A stretch of 64,000 bases of DNA, taken from positions 44,982 to 108,981 of the forward strand of contig CAWJEL010000024.1 of NCBI GenBank assembly GCA_963841825.1, written 5' to 3'. Positions 1 to 8,126 of the stretch are shown in pieces (positions within the stretch are counted from its first letter, which is position 1; each line of letters begins with the position of its first letter). Both the position numbers and the translations under genes were made by a program. Source of the DNA: an uncultured Chloroflexia bacterium. GTDB lineage: Bacteria; Chloroflexota; Anaerolineae; CG2-30-64-16. The notes under the pieces were generated by a model, which made no database searches, was not told the DNA's origin, and was given only the letters and a program-made list of their open reading frames with translations.

Positions 1-450
1 CTGCGGCACTGGCGGCTGCGCCCCGACGCGACCTATCCCGCCGGCGCGAATCCGGCGCACGTCCAGAGCGCGAACTTCGATCACAAGCTGGCGTTGCTGG
101 GCTGGGATGACCCGCAGGACGATCAGCTCACGGTCTACTGGCGCGTGCTCAACACGTTGACGCAGGATTACCGGGTCTCGGTGATCCTGGAGGACGCGCA
201 GGGACTCGAGGTGGGCCGGTGGGACGGTCGGCCGGCCAGCTACGACTATCCGACCACCCGCTGGCAGCCCAGCGAGGAGATCTTCGGGCGTTACCCGCTG
301 CCCCTGCCGGCAGATGCGCCCGCGGGCGAGTACACCGTCACGCTGGCGGTGTACGACGAGACGAACCCCGACGGCCTCGACCTCCGGGACGCGGCCGACA
401 ATCCGGCGGGGAAGCGGGTGCGGCTGGGGCCGCTCAAGCTGCTGCATTAG
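1..450 (+). CDS. 3' end of a gene starting upstream of the window. The C-terminal beta-rich domain is of the kind that ends ArnT/PMT-type membrane glycosyltransferases.
   Basis: Frame 1 is open from base 1 to TAG 448-450. The pattern L(L)GWD..LTVYWRVL..DYRVSV.LED..G..V...DGRP..YPTTRW...E.....Y.L.LP.D.P.GEY.V.L.VYD matches that domain type from memory. Confidence 0.5.
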   Translation: MRHWRLRPDATYPAGANPAHVQSANFDHKLALLGWDDPQDDQLTVYWRVLNTLTQDYRVSVILEDAQGLEVGRWDGRPASYDYPTTRWQPSEEIFGRYPLPLPADAPAGEYTVTLAVYDETNPDGLDLRDAADNPAGKRVRLGPLKLLH

Positions 451-497
451 TTGACTCGGCCTGTGAATGGCTTTATAGTGTTTCAGGGAGAAGGAGA

Positions 498-1373
498 ATG
501 GCGATACGGGAGTCTTTTGCCGACTACAAGCTGGATGGCGCAAACTGGATCACCTTGGCGACAGGTGAGTATTATCCAGACATTTTGAAAGACGCCTGCC
601 TTTTGTATGAACCGGTTCAGGTTATGTTCGGGCAGTTGTTGGCTCGATCCGAGTCCTCGGTTCGTTTGTTTCTACAAATCTCGGAGGTTCAGAACGCGTG
701 GATGCGGGTACAACTTGCCAGAATCTTCCGCAAGTATGTTAGCCCGGAGACCCCTGTTGAGATGCTGAAAAAGAAAACGAAAGCCCACGAAATCTGCGCC
801 CAGTTTGGGGAAGGTTTCAGGCCGATCCATCAAGTTCAGGGAGCGTACAACAGCCGTCCTGTGCCTGATGAAGCGTTGTGCGCTATCCTGTGGGAGTACA
901 AAGATCGCGGTAAGAAAGGCTATGACTTGACGGAGCGCTTCTTCGCACTTTTTCGCTCGCGCTTCCCCGATCTGCCGATTCGCGGACCAGAACGGTCGGG
1001 GAAAGACATTTTGTTGGGTACCATCTTCAAGGATTATCCCAACCCCGGCCGCCCTGTGGATTTCATGATTTATGATGCCACTGGGGTGAAGCCGCTTGCT
1101 GTCGGGTTGGCCCGTTATGATTCTGATCGCGGCGGTGCGCAAGAGGATGATCGCACGGGGGGCTATCATAACTGCGCTGACGAAATCTTGGGCTACGCGC
1201 ACGGTCATGGTTTAGATATGAAGGCCATTTTTCTGAACGATGGCCCAGGTCTCCTGCTCGGTTCGATGTGGGATGATTATGCCAGGCTCGAACAAAGCTG
1301 GGCCGATAAGATTCTGGTGGTGACGTTGCGGATGGTTTCGGAACGCCTGACCCGTGAATGGCTTGAGGACTGA
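498..1373 (+). CDS. Putative type II restriction endonuclease, partner of the adjacent methyltransferase.
   Basis: ATG 498 follows GGAGAAGGAGA; the ORF-track start at 219 is read-through across the upstream gene. An 8-nt gap separates it from the methyltransferase. G+C is about 50% by hand count against about 70% in the flanks. The KKGYDLTERFF ... VDFMIYD ... GLARYDSDRGG layout loosely recalls DpnII-type enzymes from memory. Confidence 0.45.
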   Translation: MAIRESFADYKLDGANWITLATGEYYPDILKDACLLYEPVQVMFGQLLARSESSVRLFLQISEVQNAWMRVQLARIFRKYVSPETPVEMLKKKTKAHEICAQFGEGFRPIHQVQGAYNSRPVPDEALCAILWEYKDRGKKGYDLTERFFALFRSRFPDLPIRGPERSGKDILLGTIFKDYPNPGRPVDFMIYDATGVKPLAVGLARYDSDRGGAQEDDRTGGYHNCADEILGYAHGHGLDMKAIFLNDGPGLLLGSMWDDYARLEQSWADKILVVTLRMVSERLTREWLED

Positions 1374-1381
1374 GGATTCAG

Positions 1382-2749
1382 ATGGCCACTGGTATTCCGA
1401 AGACGCGCTGGAACGGCGAGCAGGTGGGGGTTGCCACGCAAGAGGCTTCTGGAAACGGGCCGGAAGTGTCTCTTTCGTATGCCGGGAAACGTTCAGAAGA
1501 CGCCATTTTGGCTACCGAGCCTGCGGAATTGATTGAGGTCTGGCGGCGCGAGCCAACGCCGATGGGTGGCGAAAATCGTCTCTATTTTGGGGATAATATG
1601 CCGATCATGGGGCGCTTGCTCCAAGATCCGTTGGTGCGCGGGCATGTGCGTTTGATTTATATTGACCCACCTTATGCGACTCAAAGCATATTTCAATCCC
1701 GATCGCAGGCGGATGCTTATCGTGACTTGTTGAGTGGCGCGCATTATCTCGAGTTCATGCGCGAAAGGCTTGTGTTGTTGCGGGAGTTACTGGCTGATGA
1801 TGGTTCAATTTACGTCCATTTGGACGAGAATATGGCCTTTTACATCAAGGCCATCATGGATGAGGTTTTCGGACGAGAGAATTATCGCAACTGGATTACA
1901 CGCAAGAAGTGCAACCCGAAAAACTACACTCGAAAAACTTACGGTAACGTCACAGATTTCATTTTGTTCTACACAAAGTCGGATCGATATATCTGGAACC
2001 GCCCCTATGACGATTGGACACCGGAGCGGGCCGACAAAGAGTACCAATACGTCGAGGAACGTACTGGGAGACGATACAAAAAGGTGCCTCTGCACGCGCC
2101 CGGTGTCCGCAACGGAGAAACGGGTAAACCTTGGCGTGGTGTAAATCCGCCGCCTGGTAAGCACTGGCAGTTTGCACCCAAGACGTTGGATGAGATGGAC
2201 GCCCGTGGGGAAATCTACTGGTCGCAAAACGACAATCCGCGCCGCAAGATCTATCTGGATGAGAGCCAAGGTATCCCCGTGCAAGACATCTGGCTGGACT
2301 TCCGCGACGCTCATAACCAAAATATCGAGATCACCGGCTATCCTACGGAAAAGCCTTCCGACCTATTGGCGCGTATCATTTGCGCATCTTCAAATCCTGG
2401 TGATTTGGTTCTAGATAGTTTTTCTGGCTCTGGCACCACCTTGGCCGTATCTGCACAACTGAGCCGCCGCTGGATAGGGATTGACAGTAGCCCGGAGGCT
2501 ATCTCAGCCACGCTCCGGCGGTTTGCCAAAGGTTTGGAGCGCATGGGTGATTTTGTCAGCCAGAGAAAGTCGTCGAGCAAAGGCGATGGCGAAGGGACTT
2601 TACCCTTATTTGTTGATGACACAGTTACAAACATTGATCCGCACCATGCGGACGAGCACGACTTGATCACCGACTTTGCTCTTTTGGCGGCTCAACCATA
2701 TGCCGGGGAATTGGACGCGATCCTGGCGCAGTGGGAAGCATGGATCTAA
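1382..2749 (+). CDS. Site-specific DNA methyltransferase, beta-class amino-methyltransferase (probably N6-adenine).
   Basis: The catalytic motif IYIDPPYAT precedes the AdoMet motif LDSFSGSGTT. This IV-before-I order is the beta class. Confidence 0.9.
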   Translation: MATGIPKTRWNGEQVGVATQEASGNGPEVSLSYAGKRSEDAILATEPAELIEVWRREPTPMGGENRLYFGDNMPIMGRLLQDPLVRGHVRLIYIDPPYATQSIFQSRSQADAYRDLLSGAHYLEFMRERLVLLRELLADDGSIYVHLDENMAFYIKAIMDEVFGRENYRNWITRKKCNPKNYTRKTYGNVTDFILFYTKSDRYIWNRPYDDWTPERADKEYQYVEERTGRRYKKVPLHAPGVRNGETGKPWRGVNPPPGKHWQFAPKTLDEMDARGEIYWSQNDNPRRKIYLDESQGIPVQDIWLDFRDAHNQNIEITGYPTEKPSDLLARIICASSNPGDLVLDSFSGSGTTLAVSAQLSRRWIGIDSSPEAISATLRRFAKGLERMGDFVSQRKSSSKGDGEGTLPLFVDDTVTNIDPHHADEHDLITDFALLAAQPYAGELDAILAQWEAWI

Positions 2750-2775
2750 CAACTGCTTTTAGTGGGAGGTTCAGT

Positions 2776-4086
2776 ATGCGGGTGCTGGCCCGTTTGTTCT
2801 TACTAGTCATGGTTGTGTCGCTGCTTCTGAGCGGTTGCGCCTTCAGTCCGCTGCTGTCCGATGTGACGGTGGCGCCGAACGCCATCTCGCCCAACGCCGA
2901 CGGCACGGATGACGTCACGCTGATCAATTATCGCATCGGCCGCCCGGCCCATGTCTCGATCTACTTCGTCGATCAGGCCGGCGACCGGCATTACTTCCGC
3001 GAGGCCGAGCGGCGCTCGCCCGGCAAGTATAATGTCTATTGGAGCGGCGTGATCAACGATCCGCAGGTGCGGCCGGTGGCCGGCGGCCAGATGTTGGTGG
3101 AGAGCCGGGTGCTGCCCGATGGTGCGTACACCTGGGTCGTTGAGGCGACCGACGATGCGGGTCGTACCGACAAGGCGGAAGGCCAGATCACACTGACCGG
3201 CGCCGACTCGACCCTGCCAGAACTCCACAATTTCACAGTCGTGCCGCAGGTTTTTCGCCCTAACCAGGACGGTCTGCGCGACGACCGGATTTCCATCGCC
3301 TACTACCTCACCAAGGACGCCGAGCGAGTCCAGGTCTACCTGGAGCCGGCCCAGACCGCACCCGGTGAGCCGAAGCTGAAGTACCCGATCGCCGAGAAGG
3401 TGTCGGTCTCCACGGTGAAACCCGGCATGGCCGGCTATCACGGCTACGACTACGACGGCGGCGTGGATCTGAATGCCGAGCCGCCGCCGGACGGGGACTA
3501 CGTGATCTATGGCGAGGCCGAGGATAAGATCGGCAACCGGGTGGTGGTCTCATCGACGCTGACGATCCAGGAAGGGGGCAAACCCCGCGCCGAGGTGACC
3601 GGCGGCGACATCGACTGGGAGGGCGAGATGAACCGCGTGGTGGGCGTGCCGCTGGGCCAGACGCTGTGTTTCACCACCACGGTCGAAAACATCGGCCCGG
3701 TTCCCATCCGCACCGCGGGGCCGTGGCCGGGGCAGAAGTTCAAGTTCAGCGAGAACTACAACACCCTCGCCGCGCGCGAAGACGAGCAATCCTGGTATCA
3801 ACAGGCCGGTGTCTGGCGTTTCGGCGTCAACTTCGACACCACGGGGGTCGATTTCCCCTTCCGCTGGGCCGTCGGCCGCAAGGAAGACCTCGAAGAACGC
3901 ATCATCGACGGGACACCGCAGTATTACCTCCTCCCCGGCCACCGCGGGCTGGTGTCGGGCTGCATCGAGTTCGACCAGGTGCCGCCGGTCGGCACGAACT
4001 TCTGGTGGGGCGGGCTGATCCAGGAGTTTGTCCAGATCGCCAATAACGACATCGACCGCATCAGCGTGCCGGTGGGCGCGCCGTGA
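2776..4086 (+). CDS. Secreted lipoprotein with two FlgD-Ig-like repeats.
   Basis: GGGAGG RBS before ATG 2776. Lipobox LLLSGC. Two V.PN.ISPN.DG..D / VPQVFRPNQDGLRDD segments. Confidence 0.6.
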   Translation: MRVLARLFLLVMVVSLLLSGCAFSPLLSDVTVAPNAISPNADGTDDVTLINYRIGRPAHVSIYFVDQAGDRHYFREAERRSPGKYNVYWSGVINDPQVRPVAGGQMLVESRVLPDGAYTWVVEATDDAGRTDKAEGQITLTGADSTLPELHNFTVVPQVFRPNQDGLRDDRISIAYYLTKDAERVQVYLEPAQTAPGEPKLKYPIAEKVSVSTVKPGMAGYHGYDYDGGVDLNAEPPPDGDYVIYGEAEDKIGNRVVVSSTLTIQEGGKPRAEVTGGDIDWEGEMNRVVGVPLGQTLCFTTTVENIGPVPIRTAGPWPGQKFKFSENYNTLAAREDEQSWYQQAGVWRFGVNFDTTGVDFPFRWAVGRKEDLEERIIDGTPQYYLLPGHRGLVSGCIEFDQVPPVGTNFWWGGLIQEFVQIANNDIDRISVPVGAP

Positions 4087-4149
4087 CGGGGCGACATGGT
4101 GACACGGGGATGGGGGTGACATGGTGACGCGGAGACGCGGCGGAGCAGC

Positions 4150-5211
4150 GTGCTGATGAGCCGGAAAACGCAATACGCATCACGTATCACGCATCACGCA
4201 TCCCTCGCCATCATCATCGTCAGCTACAACGTGCGCGAGCTGTTGCGGGCGTGTCTGGAGGCGACGTTCGCCAGCCTGGCGCTCGCGCCGGAGCTGGATG
4301 CGACGGTCTGGGTTGTGGACAACGCCTCAGCCGACGGCAGCGCGGAGATGGTGGCGGCCGAATTTCCCCAGGTGCGCCTCGTCGCCAGCCGGGAGAATCT
4401 GGGCTTTGCCGGCGGGAACAACCTGGCGCTGCGGGCGCTGGGGTTTGGGGAATCGAAGAGCGTGGAGCGTGGAGCGTGGAGCGTGGAGCAAGAGTCGCTA
4501 ACGTCACGCCCCGACCTCGTCCTCCTGCTGAACCCCGACGCGGAGCCGGTAGAAGATGCGGTCGGACAGATGGCACGTTACCTGGTCGCGCACACGGAGA
4601 TTGGCGGAGTCGGCGCTCAGCTTCGTTATCCCGATGGCCGTTTTCAGCACGGGGCGTTTCGTTTCCCCGGCCTGTTCCAGCTCTGGTTTGACCTCTTTCC
4701 GCCCCGGCCGCGGCGGTTGTTGGACTCGCGGCTGAATGGACGCTATGCGCGCACCGCGTATGATAGCGGCCACCCATTCCCGATCGACTTCGCCCTGGGT
4801 GCGGCGCTTATGGTGCGCGGCGCGGCGATCGATGCGGCCGGTCTGCTGGATGAAGGCTACTTCATGTATGCCGAAGAGGTGGACTGGTGCTGGCGGATCC
4901 GCCGTGCGGGCTGGCCGTTCTATTGCGTGCCGTCGGCGGTCGTCATTCATCACGGCGGCGCCAGCACGCGGCAGTTCAGGTCGCAATCATTCGTCAACCT
5001 GTGGCGCAGCCGCCGGCGGTTGTACGACCGGTTCTACGGCCCGAGCCGGCGTTGGCTGGCGGGACGGATCGTGCGGCTGGGCATGTGGGCCGAGGCGCGG
5101 CGGGCACGGGCCGCGGCCGCGCACGGGGAGATCACGCCTGCTGAGCTGGCCGCGCGCGTGGCAGCAGTTCACCAGGTGTCAGACATGTTTGTGAGGTTGC
5201 ATGGGGAGTAA
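4150..5211 (+). CDS. Glycosyltransferase family 2.
   Basis: IIIVSYN, VVDNASADGS, NLGFAGGNN and YAEEVDWCWR motifs. The N-terminal 17 codons and an internal loop are encoded by heptamer arrays (see the repeat features). Confidence 0.8.
   Translation: MLMSRKTQYASRITHHASLAIIIVSYNVRELLRACLEATFASLALAPELDATVWVVDNASADGSAEMVAAEFPQVRLVASRENLGFAGGNNLALRALGFGESKSVERGAWSVEQESLTSRPDLVLLLNPDAEPVEDAVGQMARYLVAHTEIGGVGAQLRYPDGRFQHGAFRFPGLFQLWFDLFPPRPRRLLDSRLNGRYARTAYDSGHPFPIDFALGAALMVRGAAIDAAGLLDEGYFMYAEEVDWCWRIRRAGWPFYCVPSAVVIHHGGASTRQFRSQSFVNLWRSRRRLYDRFYGPSRRWLAGRIVRLGMWAEARRARAAAAHGEITPAELAARVAAVHQVSDMFVRLHGE
4168..4202. repeat. Heptamer array, unit ACGCATC (5 units).
   Basis: ACGCAAT ACGCATC ACGTATC ACGCATC ACGCATC. 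Lies inside the only available 5' reading frame of the GT2 gene (KTQYASRITHHAS). Confidence 0.85.
4458..4489. repeat. Heptamer array, unit GAGCGTG (4.5 units), inside the GT2 coding frame.
   Basis: GAGCGTG x4 plus GAGC, translated as VERGAWSVE. Confidence 0.9.
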
Positions 5212-5968
5212 TGCGGGGCAAGATCAGCTCGCCGCGGTCGTCTTAACCAAGAACGTCGCCGGACACATCACCGACTGCATCGCTACGTTGGGTTTTGCCG
5301 ACCGCGTGGTCGTGTCCGACTCGTTCAGCGCTGATAATACCGTGGCGTTGGCGCAGGTGGCCGGGGCCGAGGTGATGCAGCGGGCGTTCGATAACTTCGC
5401 GGGGCAGCGTAACGCCGCGCTGGAGGCGGTGGAAGCGAACTGGATCTTCTTCGTGGACGCCGACGAGCGTATCCCGCCCGAGCTGGCGGCCGAGGTGCGA
5501 CAGGTGATCGCGGAGCGTTCCGAGGTCGGCTGGTGGGTGCCGCGGCACAATTATATCGCGGGCCAGCGTGTGCGTCACGGGGGGTTCTACCCGGACTATC
5601 AGTTGCGCTTGCTGCGCCGCGATAAGGCCCGCTATGACCCGGCACGGCCGGTACATGAGGTGGTGCTGCTCGACGGGCCGTCCGGTCAGTTGCGCAACGT
5701 GATGATCCACTACAACTACGATGACTGGGCGCAATTTCATGCCAAGCAGGCGCGTTATGCGCGGATCGAGCGCAATATCCTGCGCGAGCGCGGGGTGAAA
5801 CCCTGGCCGCACAAGTTCATCCGACAGCCGCTGCGCGAATTCTGGCGGCGCTATGTTACCCTTCAAGGCTACAAGGATGGCTGGGTGGGACTGAAGCTGG
5901 CCGTCCTCCTGGCCCACTACTACGGCTTCATGCCGCATTGGTACTTGTTCGAAAAACGTGCTGCGTAA
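5201..5968 (+). CDS. Glycosyltransferase family 2.
   Basis: AAVVLTKN...SDSFSADNT...FVDADERIP motifs. Overlaps the previous gene's stop by 11 nt. Confidence 0.7.
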   Translation: MGSNAGQDQLAAVVLTKNVAGHITDCIATLGFADRVVVSDSFSADNTVALAQVAGAEVMQRAFDNFAGQRNAALEAVEANWIFFVDADERIPPELAAEVRQVIAERSEVGWWVPRHNYIAGQRVRHGGFYPDYQLRLLRRDKARYDPARPVHEVVLLDGPSGQLRNVMIHYNYDDWAQFHAKQARYARIERNILRERGVKPWPHKFIRQPLREFWRRYVTLQGYKDGWVGLKLAVLLAHYYGFMPHWYLFEKRAA

Positions 5969-6050
5969 AACGTGAAAACGTGTTGCGTGAGACGTGATCG
6001 TTCTGGACTTTGCGATCACGCATCACGCATCACGTCTCACGCAGCACGCA
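5954..6050. repeat. Two opposed heptamer arrays (ACGTGAN-type, and its complement unit CGCATCA/CGTCTCA) forming an imperfect long hairpin between convergent genes.
   Basis: GCGTGAGACGTGATCG (5985-6000) pairs with CGATCACG...TCTCACGC in 6013-6050. The arms differ by two 7-nt units. Confidence 0.7.
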
Positions 6051-6510
6051 CCCCCACCCGGCGCAAAATCATCGGCATCCCCGCGTCGATCAGCCTCTCC
6101 AGTTCATCTGCCGTGCGCACGTAACCTTCTACCGGCCCGCCGTAGGGGTCGGCGACGTCCCCATGTTTCCCGGACATCTCCGTCAGCAGGTAGACTTTGC
6201 TGAGATGTTGCGGCGCCAGGTAGAACAGCGAGCGCCGGTGCGCCTCCTCCATCACCAGGACGAGATCAGCTTCGCCCAGCAGTGCCGGTGTCAGCAGCCG
6301 CGAGCGGTGGCCGGTCAGATCCATGTCGCGGCCAGCGAGTGTGGTGACGGCGTTCGCGCTGGCCGCATGTCCATCTTCGGCCCAAACGCCGGCTGAGAGC
6401 ACAGCGATCTGGTCTTCCAGGCCGAGCTCGGCGACGCGCCGGCGCAGGATGGCCGCGGCCATGGGCGAACGGCAGATGTTGGCGGTGCAAGCGAAGAGGA
6501 TGGTTTTCAT
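6037..6510 (-). CDS. Low-molecular-weight protein-tyrosine phosphatase.
   Basis: MKTILFACTANICRSPMA gives the C-x5-R-S P-loop, and DVADPYGG gives the Asp loop. Start taken at ATG 6510; the longer ORF runs into a repeat array. Confidence 0.85.
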   Translation of the reverse strand: MKTILFACTANICRSPMAAAILRRRVAELGLEDQIAVLSAGVWAEDGHAASANAVTTLAGRDMDLTGHRSRLLTPALLGEADLVLVMEEAHRRSLFYLAPQHLSKVYLLTEMSGKHGDVADPYGGPVEGYVRTADELERLIDAGMPMILRRVGVRAA

Positions 6511-6570
6511 ATGATTGATCGTGGACGATGGACGATAGACAATGGTCAATGGTCCATCGTCTATCGTCCG
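6511..6570. repeat. Heptamer array of the GGACGAT/GGTCAAT family, with a hairpin-forming end.
   Basis: GGACGAT GGACGAT AGACAAT GGTCAAT GGTC then CATCGTC TATCGTCC, the complement of the first units. It fills the whole hpf-PTP spacer. Confidence 0.85.
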
Positions 6571-6573
6571 TTC

Positions 6574-7119
6574 TTACGCCAGTTCGGGCTGGATCAATCC
6601 GTATTCACCGTTGCGCCGGCGGTACAGGACATTGACCTGGTTCAGGTTGGCGTTGAAGAAGACGAAGAAGTCGTGCCCCAACAGTTCCATTTGCTCGATG
6701 GCTTCCGTCTCATTCATAGGCATCATCCGGAACTGCTTCACCCGGACAACATAGGGGCTATCTTCGGATAGGTCTTCATCGGCCTCCACGATTTCTCCGG
6801 CCATCTCAGGCTCACGCTTGCTCCAGCGTTTGCCCTTGTAGCGATCCACCTGGCGCTGCATCTTCTCGAACACGGCGTCGATCGAGGCGAAGATGTCGGA
6901 CGACGCCTCTTCGGCGCGCAGGATGACTTTCTTGGTGCGCAGCGTTACCTGGGCAATCTGGCGGTCCTCAGCCGCGTGGGCGCCCTCAGCCACGGTGAGC
7001 TCCACGCGGCCGTCGATGATGTTCGGCAGATAACGATCGAGCCTGCCGATTTTCTTCTCTACATAGTTGCGGATGGTGTCGTTGATCTCGAGGTTCTTGC
7101 CGGTAATGGTCAGATCCAT
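6574..7119 (-). CDS. hpf: Ribosome hibernation promoting factor, long form.
   Basis: MDLTITGKNLEINDTIRNYVEKKIGRLDRYL N-terminus plus a C-terminal dimerisation domain (FFVFFNANLNQVNVLYRR). Confidence 0.9.
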   Translation of the reverse strand: MDLTITGKNLEINDTIRNYVEKKIGRLDRYLPNIIDGRVELTVAEGAHAAEDRQIAQVTLRTKKVILRAEEASSDIFASIDAVFEKMQRQVDRYKGKRWSKREPEMAGEIVEADEDLSEDSPYVVRVKQFRMMPMNETEAIEQMELLGHDFFVFFNANLNQVNVLYRRRNGEYGLIQPELA

Positions 7120-7220
7120 TGTGCCGACTCCTTTCTCGTGAGATGTGGTAGGGCGCCGGTAGCTTCACGCCTTTGGGGATAGGTAAGGCCAAGCCATGCG
7201 TCGCCCGTGTGAGTAGATAC

Positions 7221-7249
7221 ATTCTAGCCGGAATGTCGTAGAAAGTCAA
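7221..7249 (-). promoter_or_regulatory. Sigma-70-type promoter for hpf.
   Basis: On the minus strand: TTGACT (7249-7244), 17-nt spacer, TAGAAT (7226-7221), about 100 nt upstream of the hpf start. Confidence 0.55.
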
Positions 7250-7266
7250 CCGGTTAAGATTACAAT

Positions 7267-7818
7267 TCAGCGCTTCTGTCGCGAGCCAGAGCGGGCGAAC
7301 CAGAGGCCGGCCAGCAGCCCCAGGACCACCAGGAACGGGGCGCCGGCGACCACGAGCGTGCTGAGCTGGCGCTTGGGCGTGACGCGCTGCATGAACGGCG
7401 CCTCGGCGGGCCCCGCGGGGCCGAGCACCCGTAGGACGCCCTCCCACTGGCCCGGCAGATCGAGTTGCACGTGCGCTACGTAGTCGGTGGGATTGCCCGC
7501 ATCGGCGTGCGTGGCGGCCTGCGACAGCGTCGCGCCGGTCTCGCTGTGTTTTAGATCGACGCTGACCTCGGCGTCGCGCACCTTTTCGTCAGTCTTAGGA
7601 TCGCTCAGGCGCACGAGGAAGGTGACCCTGCCGACCTGGGCGGGCTCGGGCGATGAGGTGAATAAGAGGCGGTACGGTCCGACGATCTCGTCGCCTACGA
7701 TGACCCGCGTGCCGCCGCCCGGCCCCAGGTTCTCGGCCTGGACGTAGGGCGCCAGGAAGATAAGAATCAGAGCGGTGAGAAGCCATGCAATTTTTGTGAT
7801 AGTGTCTTTGCCTGTCAC
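7267..7818 (-). CDS. Membrane-anchored FixH/YtkA-like domain protein. Start uncertain: an in-frame GTG at 7818.
   Basis: N-terminal TM (IAWLLTALILIFLAPYV), a beta-rich domain (VTFLVRLSD...AEVSVDL...YVAHVQLDLPGQWEGVL) and a C-terminal TM. The 5' part of the 321-aa ORF lies over REP-like repeats and is not credible coding. Confidence 0.45.
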   Translation of the reverse strand: MTGKDTITKIAWLLTALILIFLAPYVQAENLGPGGGTRVIVGDEIVGPYRLLFTSSPEPAQVGRVTFLVRLSDPKTDEKVRDAEVSVDLKHSETGATLSQAATHADAGNPTDYVAHVQLDLPGQWEGVLRVLGPAGPAEAPFMQRVTPKRQLSTLVVAGAPFLVVLGLLAGLWFARSGSRQKR

Positions 7819-7981
7819 CCCTTCGCCGCACTCAGGGCAGGCTCTGAGCGGGTTGATCCCGTCAAGCGCGTCGCGGCGAGTATCCAGCGAAGGGTCTTGG
7901 TCGGGATGCGGAGATGCTTCGCTGTGGGTTCGCTGTAGCGGACGTTGACTCGTCAACCCGCTGCTCATGAAGTACCAGCAC

Positions 7982-8045
7982 GAGATTCTTCGCTGATGTC
8001 TGACCGTAACGAGTGTTGGGTGGTTAACCCGCTCAGAATGACAAG
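7982..8045. repeat. Dispersed repeat, GAGATTCTTCGCT...CGTAACGAG...GCTCAGAATGACA type, copy 1.
   Basis: Shares both end blocks with 38432-38493. Confidence 0.5.
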
Positions 8046-8126
8046 CTGTGCTTCTTGGCCTACCCGCATGACGCCAAGCGGATGCCATGGCAACACTCAG
8101 CATGACATCAACGATTTTGTTCATCA

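Noticed and set aside
219-497. 5' extension of the endonuclease-candidate ORF (the ORF track starts it at 219).
   Set aside because: The extension overlaps the upstream gene in another frame, is Arg/Gly/Ala-rich, and has the flanking high G+C. A strong RBS precedes ATG 498, where the composition changes.
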